A stretch of DNA of 17,562 nucleotides from Bacteriovoracaceae bacterium (GCA_041586955.1 JBFGZE010000073.1:1-17562); one strand, 5' to 3'; shown: positions 1 through 8,284, numbered from the stretch's first letter. Numbers and translations: made by a program. Notes: generated from the sequence alone by a model not told the origin.

Positions 1-246
1 GGCGGAGGAAGTGGCGGTGCCATTCATATTATTGCCAATACTATCGATGGAACGACAGGTACCATTGCTAGTAATGGAGGAAATGGTGGTGATACTTCCT
101 ATGATAGCGGTGGTGGCTCCGGCGGAAGGGTCTCTCTTATTTATACGACCGATAGTTTTATCGGAGGTATTCAAAATTCTCCTATTCAATGTCTTGGAGG
201 ATGGGGAGATACGGCCGGTTCAAATGGCACGATTAATTTTAATTAA
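1..246 (+). CDS. C-terminal fragment of a glycine-rich (GGGSGG-motif) protein, probably a large surface/secreted protein; 5'-truncated
   Basis: Frame 1 is open from base 1 to TAA 244-246: GGGSGGAIHIIANTIDGTTGTIASNGGNGGDTSYDSGGGSGGRVSLIY...CLGGWGDTAGSNGTINFN*. Repeated GGGSGG plus beta-strand motifs. Not in the ORF track because it lacks a start codon. Confidence 0.8.
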   Translation, partial: GGGSGGAIHIIANTIDGTTGTIASNGGNGGDTSYDSGGGSGGRVSLIYTTDSFIGGIQNSPIQCLGGWGDTAGSNGTINFN

Positions 247-494
247 TGTGATTATAATTCCTATATTTTCCACTTTCGGGAGTAAGACCAGTCTATGGGC
301 AACAATGCTGAAATGCTGCTTGGTGTTGTCTGGAGTCTCCCATTAAGCCCCTTATCAATAAAGTTAGGGGAGGGATTATCCTGGCCAGTGGGAAATTGCA
401 TGACATGATTCGTGAATGCGTAGCGCCATCGTTTGGGTGTAGTATAAATTTCATTTCCGTCAAGTGGATATTCCTAATGTAAAGCAAAGGGTGT

Positions 495-523
495 TAGTCA
501 ATTGGAGAAAAAACTTTTATAAT
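495..523 (+). promoter_or_regulatory. Putative sigma70 promoter for the 550-9424 cluster
   Basis: TAGTCA (495-500), 17-nt spacer, perfect TATAAT (518-523); AAGGA upstream of ATG 550/553. Confidence 0.55.
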
Positions 524-549
524 AGCATGGACAACCTCAAGGATGGAAT

Positions 550-2007
550 ATGATGGAATCCACACAGGAAAAGGCCTTCTCACCACTCAAAGTATTTTTA
601 CTTTTAAGCGACCTCAAAGAGGCGAAAAAAATTGCCAAGGTCTTTCGTGAAATAGGTGTCCTACCCAGTGTCTTTGAAAATTTGGAAGATTTTTGGAATA
701 TCACTTTAACGGAAGTGCCAGCTTTGGCCCTCGTTGATGGGGAGTGCTTAGAAGACGGTAGTTATAATCTCGCTCGCCACCCCATGGTGAGAAAAGAGCA
801 ACTCCCATTGGCAATTTATCACGCCGATGGCCTTCCTTCAGAAGATCATTTATCAACTAGAATCTTTCACCTCGGTGATTTATTCCGTCATGGAGATTAC
901 CACTCTTCTTTACGCTCGCTTCTAAAGCGAGTTAATCGCTTTCGTCAATTGGACAAACAAGTCGAAGAATTATCCGGTCGTACGACCAAGCGCGACTTCC
1001 AAATGACTAAGATTTTGCAAACCTCTGAAAATATTAAAGAGCGTGAACATTATCATATTCTCCTTAAAAATATTTGTAATCGTTTTGATTTACATCAAGA
1101 AATGGATGACTTTTATCAAGTGATGACAGAAGTTTTTGATTCCATGGAAGAGGTGACGGATTTTTCTGTTCTCGAATTATCTTTCAATGGACAAAAATTA
1201 GTGTCGCCGAAAATGATCTCAGCAAAATTTCGTGAGATTCCTTCTTTGTGGTTGGGACAGACCTGTCAAAATGGAATTGAATTCTTTGCCCAAAATATGG
1301 CCTCCCAGGTGGCCCTTGATATGTTTGGGGGGAATCAAATGACTCTTTTTATTCGCGGTCGCTTTGATGGCCCCGAAAAAATGATATTTTTAAAATTAAA
1401 TGATCAAGAACTCTTGGGCCACCTTGATTGGGAGTTTTTTGAGAAGTATTTAAGTGGTGTTTACACTCAGATGAGCTGGCGCGGCAACCGTATCGGTGAA
1501 ATTACTGGCCAGGTTCTTAATTCTTGGGACCTCTTCTCCCTGATGGATCAAGTTGCGATGGATCGTTTTCACCTCGATCCTGAAAAACCTCATCGTAACC
1601 TCTCTCTTATTAATGTGGATTTTTCACCATTGATGGAATTGATTAAAGAAACCGGTTGTCGTTTTTATTGGAAATCCTTTTATCATGATTTCGTCACTCG
1701 TTTTCAACGCACCAAAGAGGAAAATATCTCGACCTGTGCCTATACTCCGGAGCATTTAGGTTTTATTGTGGATGAGGAAAATGAAGATCACGTTTTTTAC
1801 GCTCTGAAAACATTTTCTCATCGCTTTCCTTTTTGGCGTTATTTTGATGATGCAGACCTGGTTCTTACACGCAATATTCGCCCGGAAATTGAAGTCATTC
1901 CTTTTTCTATTGATTCCATCTGGCGCCATTTGTCAGGGGAGTTACGGCAATTTCGCGTGGGGAAAAGGAGCATTGGTAAATTAAACCCTTCCGTTCCAAC
2001 GGTTTAA
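550..2007 (+). CDS. Hypothetical signalling protein: N-terminal receiver-like domain, coiled coil, possible degenerate GGDEF-like C-terminus
   Basis: 485 aa ORF. The N-terminus has a REC-like beta/alpha pattern (KVFLLLSD...ALALVD). Heptad-like segment around aa 120-165. NLSLINVDF resembles the first strand of GGDEF domains, but there is no GG[DE]EF motif. Domain calls are inference. Confidence 0.6.
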   Translation: MMESTQEKAFSPLKVFLLLSDLKEAKKIAKVFREIGVLPSVFENLEDFWNITLTEVPALALVDGECLEDGSYNLARHPMVRKEQLPLAIYHADGLPSEDHLSTRIFHLGDLFRHGDYHSSLRSLLKRVNRFRQLDKQVEELSGRTTKRDFQMTKILQTSENIKEREHYHILLKNICNRFDLHQEMDDFYQVMTEVFDSMEEVTDFSVLELSFNGQKLVSPKMISAKFREIPSLWLGQTCQNGIEFFAQNMASQVALDMFGGNQMTLFIRGRFDGPEKMIFLKLNDQELLGHLDWEFFEKYLSGVYTQMSWRGNRIGEITGQVLNSWDLFSLMDQVAMDRFHLDPEKPHRNLSLINVDFSPLMELIKETGCRFYWKSFYHDFVTRFQRTKEENISTCAYTPEHLGFIVDEENEDHVFYALKTFSHRFPFWRYFDDADLVLTRNIRPEIEVIPFSIDSIWRHLSGELRQFRVGKRSIGKLNPSVPTV

Positions 2008-2012
2008 GCACG

Positions 2013-3131
2013 ATGCGCTTTGGTACCCAATTTATCGTTTATTTTGATCGCCTGGCCCATAATGTCGACCTTTTACGTTCTCATATCAAGGGGCCAGAAA
2101 TCCTTTTTATGGTGAAGGCCGATGGCTATGGCCATGGGGCGATTCCTTTGGTGGAGTTTGCCAATAGAGAATTAAATATTAAAGAATTTGGTCTCGCGAC
2201 ATTAGGCGAGGCACTGGCCCTGCGCCAGCAATTGCCATCTTTAAATTTTGAAGCCTATGTTTTTTCGGATCTCAATTTTAGTATTCCAGGGATGCTAGAG
2301 TACTATGGTGAGAATCGAATTTTGCCGGTGGTCCACAACGAAAGAGACTTAAAAATCTTTTTAGGGGCACCACAATTGCGCCATTTCCCCTTGATCCTCA
2401 AGTTTAATACGGGAATGAACCGCCTAGGTCTTGCCCCAGAGAGGCAAGAAGAAATTATTAAAATGATTAAGCAAGTAGGGCGCACCAGTATTTATCATTT
2501 GATGACGCATTTTGCCTGTGCCTCATTGAATATGAAAAATGCCCAAAACCAACGGCAAATCGCAAGCTTTGCAGCCATTAAAAGTCAATTTAAGGCCGCC
2601 AATATAAGTATTGAAAGGACCAGTATCTCCAACTCTGGTGCCATTGAACAAAATGTAGGTTTAGATGAAACTCATATTCGTCCAGGGCTTATGCTCTATG
2701 GGCCAAGTTCTCTTATTCCTTCAATCCGCAGTAAATCCTGGTGGCATGGGAAGGTTATTTCCTGTTTTGAGACGTTGGTTCTTAACTCTTTTTTGGTGGC
2801 AAAAGGTCAACCTATTGGCTATGGGGGGACGCCTGTCAAGGAAGCCGGGGTATTAGGGGTTCTTTCGGTTGGTTATGGGGATGGCTTTTCCACTCGTTAT
2901 CAAGGGGTTACCTTAAAAGATGGCAAGCTGTGTGGAGAAGTCGTGGGGCGAGTGAATATGGATATGATTCAAGTCCTTTTTCCAAACGGGACAGAATTAG
3001 ATATTGGTACTAATTTTAAAATTTGGGATGAAGAGGAAGCGCAAATAGAGCAATTTTGTAAAGAAACAGGGGTCATTCCTTACGAAATTTTTTGCCAAAT
3101 GGGCCCGCGCGTTCCAAGATACTATAAATAA
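2013..3131 (+). CDS. alr: Alanine racemase
   Basis: PLP-lysine motif MVKADGYGHGA, plus TGMNRLG, LMTHFA, IRPGLMLYG, IGYGG, GYGDG and GRVNMD. Confidence 0.97.
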   Translation: MRFGTQFIVYFDRLAHNVDLLRSHIKGPEILFMVKADGYGHGAIPLVEFANRELNIKEFGLATLGEALALRQQLPSLNFEAYVFSDLNFSIPGMLEYYGENRILPVVHNERDLKIFLGAPQLRHFPLILKFNTGMNRLGLAPERQEEIIKMIKQVGRTSIYHLMTHFACASLNMKNAQNQRQIASFAAIKSQFKAANISIERTSISNSGAIEQNVGLDETHIRPGLMLYGPSSLIPSIRSKSWWHGKVISCFETLVLNSFLVAKGQPIGYGGTPVKEAGVLGVLSVGYGDGFSTRYQGVTLKDGKLCGEVVGRVNMDMIQVLFPNGTELDIGTNFKIWDEEEAQIEQFCKETGVIPYEIFCQMGPRVPRYYK

Positions 3132-3162
3132 TTGTTTGAATATTTAGAGAAAGAGAAAAGAT

Positions 3163-3963
3163 ATGACCAAGGTCAATCAGTATGTGATTCAATGGACTGA
3201 AAATCTAGGTAACTCTATTTTAGAGGGACTCTCAGGCCTTGGTGATATTACCAATCATGCTTTAAAGTTTTTTTATTGGATGGTACGGCCACCTTACCGG
3301 CTTCATTTGTTATTTGAGCAACTATATTTTATTGGCAATAAAAGTATTTTTATCATCGCTCTCAGTGGCTCCTTCACTGGCATGGTGATGGCCTATCAAA
3401 CATATTTTGGTTTTAAGCTTATCTCAGTTGATTCCTTGGTTGGCCCGGTAACAAGTTTAACCTTGGCCAAAGAATTAGCGCCGGTTTTAACGGGTTTGAT
3501 TGTGGCCGGTCGTGCCGGCGCGGCGATGGCAGCGCAAATAGGCACAATGAAAGTGACAGAACAAGTGGACGCACTTGAAGTAATGGGAATTAGCTCCATT
3601 CAATTTTTGGCGGTACCGCGAATTATCGCCGCAACGATTGCCTTGCCAATGCTATCTATCCTCTTTCTTTTTATTGGCAATGTTGGCTCTTATCTCGTGG
3701 GAACTAAGGCCTTGGGGATTGATGAATCCATGTACTTTGCCAAGCTTGGCGAATTAATGTTTTTAGAAGATATTTGGATGGGCATTATTAAATCGGTCTT
3801 TTTTGGATTCACTATTGGTGTTGTGGGAACCTATTATGGCTTTAATGTTACCAAAGGGGCAGAGGGTGTTGGTAAGGGCACCAATCTAAGTGTGGTATGG
3901 GGAATGATTTTAGTTTTAATTCTCGATTATTTTATTACTTCCTTTTTAGTGCATATTCTTTAG
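3163..3963 (+). CDS. mlaE: MlaE-family ABC transporter permease
   Basis: KELAPVLTGLIVAGRAGAAMAAQIGTMKVTEQVDALEVMG, VPRIIA, GAEGVG; multiple TM segments. Confidence 0.95.
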   Translation: MTKVNQYVIQWTENLGNSILEGLSGLGDITNHALKFFYWMVRPPYRLHLLFEQLYFIGNKSIFIIALSGSFTGMVMAYQTYFGFKLISVDSLVGPVTSLTLAKELAPVLTGLIVAGRAGAAMAAQIGTMKVTEQVDALEVMGISSIQFLAVPRIIAATIALPMLSILFLFIGNVGSYLVGTKALGIDESMYFAKLGELMFLEDIWMGIIKSVFFGFTIGVVGTYYGFNVTKGAEGVGKGTNLSVVWGMILVLILDYFITSFLVHIL

Positions 3964-3969
3964 GTGATG

Positions 3970-4722
3970 ATGATGGAAGCACAGAGTTATGCAGTTGAAA
4001 TTAATAATATCGTCAAGAGATTCGCTGATCATGTCGTTTTGAAAAATTTAGATTTCAATATTCCTGAAGGTAAAATAACGACCATTTTGGGCTTTTCTGG
4101 TGCTGGAAAGTCGACCTTGCTCAAGCATATTTTAGGCCTGATCAAGCCCACCGAGGGTGAAATTGTAGTATTAGGCAAAAATCTTAATCATTTAAGTGAA
4201 ATAGAATTGCGGGAGTTTCGCCAAAATTTTGGCATGCTTTTCCAATATGCCGCTCTTTTTGATTCAAAAACCTCTTTTGAAAATGTCGCTTTTCCATTAA
4301 GAGAATTCACTGATATGGATGAATTTCAAATAAGGGATCGGGTCGAGGGACTTTTGACCTCGGTAGGCATTATTCCTGAGGCCTTCGATAAATTGCCATC
4401 AGAATTATCTGGAGGCATGCGTAAAAGAGTAGGGTTAGCTCGTGCGTTGGCCCTCAAACCAAAAATTATGCTGTATGATGAGCCGACAACTGGTTTGGAT
4501 CCGATTACAACTAAAATGGTCAATGATTTAATTGTTGATACAGCGAAACGACATCAAGATATACAAATGACATCAATTATTATTAGTCATGATGTGAAAG
4601 CGACCCTAGAAATTTCCGACTATGTGGCGTTTTTGGATCATGGTAGAATTATTGAATACTTACCTGCTAAAGAATTTGCGAAGTCTGACCATGAGTTAGT
4701 GAAGCAATTTATTCATTTATAG
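3970..4722 (+). CDS. mlaF: MlaF-family ABC transporter ATPase (start may be 3967, 3970 or 3973)
   Basis: Walker A GFSGAGKS, Q-loop LFQYAALFDS, signature LSGGMRKRVGLARA, Walker B MLYDEP, H-loop ISHD; lies between mlaE and the MCE gene. Confidence 0.95.
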   Translation: MMEAQSYAVEINNIVKRFADHVVLKNLDFNIPEGKITTILGFSGAGKSTLLKHILGLIKPTEGEIVVLGKNLNHLSEIELREFRQNFGMLFQYAALFDSKTSFENVAFPLREFTDMDEFQIRDRVEGLLTSVGIIPEAFDKLPSELSGGMRKRVGLARALALKPKIMLYDEPTTGLDPITTKMVNDLIVDTAKRHQDIQMTSIIISHDVKATLEISDYVAFLDHGRIIEYLPAKEFAKSDHELVKQFIHL

Positions 4723-4743
4723 GTAATGGGAGCAAAATAGTTA

Positions 4744-6114
4744 ATGAATGAATTACGAGTAGGGATATTGGCGTTGGCCACAATTGCGTCCGTTATTTTT
4801 ATGTCCCTAAAAGTAACGACAAACCAATCTGGCTTTGGTGATTATATTACTTATCGCACTATTATTCGTGACGCGTCGGGTATTTTTCCCAAAACCTCGC
4901 TTAAAGTTGCTGGTATTAATGCTGGTCGTATTAAAACCATTGAATTGGTGGAAAATGCAGCTTATTTAACAATCGAGATTTTAAGCCGAGTGACGGTAAC
5001 AAAGGGCTCCGTTCTTTCCATCAAGTCGGTGGGCTTTCTTGGAGATAAGTACCTGGAGATCATTATAGGCCCAGGCAACGAAAGGCTCGAAGAAAATGGT
5101 TTCATTCCCGCCCAGGAAGGGGGAGGTGTTGAAGACCTAATGAAAGACGCATCGCAAGTTCTTAAAGATGTGAGAGTGATTGTTTCCAATATTAAAGAAA
5201 CGATGGCCCCTGAAGGTCGTGAACCACCACTAAGGAAAATTCTTAATGATGTGAAGCTCATGGCCGCTAATGCCAGAGAAGCTTCTGATTCTCTCCACAA
5301 GGTGATTGTCGGCAATGAAAAACGACTCGAGAAAATGGTAAAAAACTTTGAAGAAGTATCTGAGCGCTTGGCCTACCATGTGAATAATAATAATAAAGAA
5401 AGCGCGATGTCCGACATTAAAGAGATCTTGGCCAATGCTAAGGAAATGACCAGTGATATGAAAGAGCTGATGGATCATGTGAAAAAGGGTCGCGGAACTG
5501 TCGGTAAGCTCATAGTTGAAGATGAAATTGCAGATGAAGTCCAGCATACCTTGGCCTCGGTTCAAAAGATTGTTGGCAAGGTCGATGCGATTCGTACAGA
5601 ATTGGGATTATTTACGGGGGCCAATACCGTTTATGGAGCTGAAACGAACCTTGGCCTACGTATCTTTCCTTCTCCTGAGCGTTTTTATGAGGTGGGGATT
5701 ACCACTTCAGAATTTGGTCCGGAAAAAGAAAAGCATACGACGACGACTATTAATGGTGTCTCTAATACAGAGGTTCGCACAGTAAAAGATAAAAATAGTT
5801 TTAACTTTAATGTTCAATTGGGCCGTAAAATTCAAAATTGGGTTTTCCGTGGTGGTCTAATTGAATCAAGTGGTGGTCTAGGCTTTGATTATGAGCGTTC
5901 AGACTGGGGAAGTAAATTTTCTCTCGATGTTTATGATTATCGGGATGACATTGGCATTAATTTACGATTTGGAACTGAAGTCCAATTGTGGAATGTTTTC
6001 TATGGCAAAGTCGCTGTAGAAGATATGATTGAAGATAGTCGTAGTGCAACAATTAGTGCAGGTCTTAAGTTTAGTGACGAGGACCTAAAAGGATTATTGG
6101 GATTCTTTCTGTGA
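4744..6114 (+). CDS. mlaD: Long MlaD/MCE-domain protein with helical stalk and beta-rich C-terminal domain
   Basis: N-terminal TM anchor (ELRVGILAL...), MCE motifs (DASGI..KTSLKVAGINAGRI, GFLGDKYLEI), helical region aa ~130-285 with GTVGKL, then alternating amphipathic beta-strands. Confidence 0.92.
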   Translation: MNELRVGILALATIASVIFMSLKVTTNQSGFGDYITYRTIIRDASGIFPKTSLKVAGINAGRIKTIELVENAAYLTIEILSRVTVTKGSVLSIKSVGFLGDKYLEIIIGPGNERLEENGFIPAQEGGGVEDLMKDASQVLKDVRVIVSNIKETMAPEGREPPLRKILNDVKLMAANAREASDSLHKVIVGNEKRLEKMVKNFEEVSERLAYHVNNNNKESAMSDIKEILANAKEMTSDMKELMDHVKKGRGTVGKLIVEDEIADEVQHTLASVQKIVGKVDAIRTELGLFTGANTVYGAETNLGLRIFPSPERFYEVGITTSEFGPEKEKHTTTTINGVSNTEVRTVKDKNSFNFNVQLGRKIQNWVFRGGLIESSGGLGFDYERSDWGSKFSLDVYDYRDDIGINLRFGTEVQLWNVFYGKVAVEDMIEDSRSATISAGLKFSDEDLKGLLGFFL

Positions 6115-7031
6115 AAAAAGAATGGCTAATTAAAAACTCCAATCATGAAATTATCGGTCCACTTAGTCGGGACCAAGTAATTGCTATGATCGACGGTGAT
6201 AAATTAGTAGCAGAAGATGAATTACTAAAGGCCAATGGCTTTTGGTTTTGGATGCATGAAAAAGATTTATTGCAACGGTTTCTCTATGATAACGAGCCGC
6301 AGGGCTTTAATCCAATTTCAGAGGCAGAGGATGTTCTCACCGCTAATCTCACCAATGAGGAAGCAGGTATCGGCCCGCGACCTGATCTCTTTATTAACGA
6401 ATTAAAAAATGACGATGAGATGACTATCGAGCATTCCACTGTTCCTGGGCCCAACGATTTGGAATATCCTAACCCAGAAGATTTCATTGATATGCAAATT
6501 GAAGATGAAGATATCACCTTATCTGAAGATGCGACAGGCCTATTTGAGCAATTCCACCGAGGTGAAAAGGTGGATCTTAGAGAGGTTGAGGAGGGCCAGG
6601 GCAGTGAGGGGATATTACCTGAAGGCGCTGATCTGGAGTTTCCGGACCCCAGTTTACAACTAGACCTTAATGTTGATGAAATAATCCCTGAGTCTCCTGA
6701 GATTCTGGGCCCAGATGAATCCGACACCGACGATGTTTTTCAGGCAAAAAATAGCAATTATACCGACCCCACTTCCCCTCAAGTCAAAATGACTTCAGCT
6801 GGAGATTTGCAGGAGATAAAGAAGAAGGTAGAGATGAATGCCGAAAACAAGGACTCTTTCTCAAAGGTGATGATCATTGTGTTATTAATGATCGGTTTTC
6901 TTTTCTGGTCTATCTTCTTCTATTATAAAATTGTCCTTAACCGCCCTATTTTGAGTCAGATTTCACTTCCTGGAATTGGCACAGCTTATGCTCAGGTGGT
7001 TTCACCATCGCTTAAAAAAAAAAATTTTTAG
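6111..7031 (+). CDS. GYF_2-like N-terminal domain + acidic linker + single TM protein; 5' part of a probable frameshifted gene
   Basis: GTG start overlaps the mlaD stop (GTGA). N-terminus WLIK...IIGPLSRDQVIAMI...L..EDEL...GFW resembles GYF_2/DUF4339. D/E/P-rich linker, TM aa 253-272. Ends LKKKNF* across the A11 run. Confidence 0.75.
   Translation: MKKEWLIKNSNHEIIGPLSRDQVIAMIDGDKLVAEDELLKANGFWFWMHEKDLLQRFLYDNEPQGFNPISEAEDVLTANLTNEEAGIGPRPDLFINELKNDDEMTIEHSTVPGPNDLEYPNPEDFIDMQIEDEDITLSEDATGLFEQFHRGEKVDLREVEEGQGSEGILPEGADLEFPDPSLQLDLNVDEIIPESPEILGPDESDTDDVFQAKNSNYTDPTSPQVKMTSAGDLQEIKKKVEMNAENKDSFSKVMIIVLLMIGFLFWSIFFYYKIVLNRPILSQISLPGIGTAYAQVVSPSLKKKNF
7014..7029 (+). other. A11-T5 slippery tract; candidate -1 frameshift / transcriptional slippage site
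   Basis: 11 A at 7014-7024 then T5. The -1 frame has TAA at 7013-7015 and is then open to 8284; frame 0 stops at TAG 7029-7031. Confidence 0.6.
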
Positions 7032-8284
7032 GTCTGCCATTACTTGAAATTGATAATATTCTCGTTCGGCCTCAGGTTGAAATGCTGGGTTTTGATTATC
7101 GCAATATCGAATTTCCTGAAAAAGTTGATTGCCAAAAGGCAAAACCTTTTAATCTCTCTTATGCTCTTGTTGTCGCTCATATTAAAGGTTTTCAAAAACC
7201 CCCTGAAACGAGTATCGAATGTGTGAACTTCCTTGGGCAAGAGCATTTTAAGTTATTAGAATACTTTAAGCTTGCCCCTCAAACTGATGAAGAGGCGAAA
7301 AGATTTTTTAAAAAAAATAAATTCTCTAAACTTAAAAGAGACAAATTAATGGCCTGGCGTCAGCTCAAGTCTGATTTCTTTTATCCGCAAGAATTATTAG
7401 ATAAATTACGGCACTACCAAACATTTATCATTAAAGATATGGACAAAGAAATCGTTAAATCCACACAGCGGAGAATTCTTAATATTATAAGGCCCAGCAC
7501 GGAGGACCTCATACAAAATATTGCTTTTCTTAATGTCGCTATGAGCACGAATAATCAAACATGGGCCTTAAATAGTGTTGATAAAATCATTTTAAGTACC
7601 CCTTTAGCACCGCTTGTCGGACACCTCGATATTGTCGGTATGGAGAAAAAGGAAAAGGAGCTATGGGAAAAAATTATCTATCGCTCCGTTTTGGGTTTTA
7701 AAAAGTTCTATGGTGATGATCCCCATACTTCATTTTTAGCGGACTACCTTTTACCTTATTTACCCCGTAATGAGGAAGATAAATGGCGCCATGAATTTGG
7801 CGCTAATTGGTCATTGGGTGAAATTCGTAATCTTTATAAAGGTTGGACCAATGGTATTCGTATTGCTCCTTTATGGTATCGCCAATTATCGACTCGAACT
7901 AGTGCCGTGGAAATTCAGGCCTTTCTTAATACTGCTTACCAAGAAAAGCGAAGGGATGAATATACTTGGCGTGAATTATGGTTATTCGATGCTTTTACCC
8001 CCGATAGTATATTGACCAAACAAAAAGTCGGAAAAAAATTGGCCGAAATGATTAATTCCGATAGACCTTTACAGGTCTTAACTGCTCTTCATGGATTGGA
8101 AAATCCTCAGATGGCCAAAGAAATGGCCTTATGGAATGATAAATTGAAGGCCCCTAAAAATGATGTTTTAAAGGATATTTTTAGAGGCTTTCTGGACAAG
8201 GGGCAAATGGTACATTTCTCTCTTTATAATTTAATCCTTCTCGGTGAAAACGACCCGGAGTTATTATGGTGGCTAGTACTTTAA
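7016..8284 (+). CDS. Helical hypothetical protein; 3' part of a probable frameshifted gene (ORF-track ATG at 7082)
   Basis: Open frame from 7016: KKKFLGLPLLEIDNILVRPQVE-MLGFDY... to TAA 8282-8284. Mostly amphipathic helices, only two Cys, no signal peptide of its own. Confidence 0.7.
   Translation, partial: KKKFLGLPLLEIDNILVRPQVEMLGFDYRNIEFPEKVDCQKAKPFNLSYALVVAHIKGFQKPPETSIECVNFLGQEHFKLLEYFKLAPQTDEEAKRFFKKNKFSKLKRDKLMAWRQLKSDFFYPQELLDKLRHYQTFIIKDMDKEIVKSTQRRILNIIRPSTEDLIQNIAFLNVAMSTNNQTWALNSVDKIILSTPLAPLVGHLDIVGMEKKEKELWEKIIYRSVLGFKKFYGDDPHTSFLADYLLPYLPRNEEDKWRHEFGANWSLGEIRNLYKGWTNGIRIAPLWYRQLSTRTSAVEIQAFLNTAYQEKRRDEYTWRELWLFDAFTPDSILTKQKVGKKLAEMINSDRPLQVLTALHGLENPQMAKEMALWNDKLKAPKNDVLKDIFRGFLDKGQMVHFSLYNLILLGENDPELLWWLVL

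Noticed and set aside
11..346. ORF-track 111-aa hydrophobic ORF
   Set aside because: Off-frame shadow of the Gly-rich CDS in frame 1; GGN repeats read as Val/Met/Glu in the shifted frame
351..400. Resemblance to a SAM-I riboswitch 5' half (TTATCAA...GGAGGGA...CTGGCC)
   Set aside because: Lacks the GCAACC and GGTGC core elements and a closing GAT P1 strand; downstream genes are not sulfur/methionine related
7304..7317. T6A8 tract, and the T9 run at 12961-12969, as further frameshift sites
   Set aside because: Both host ORFs continue in frame with plausible protein sequence, so no recoding is needed to explain them
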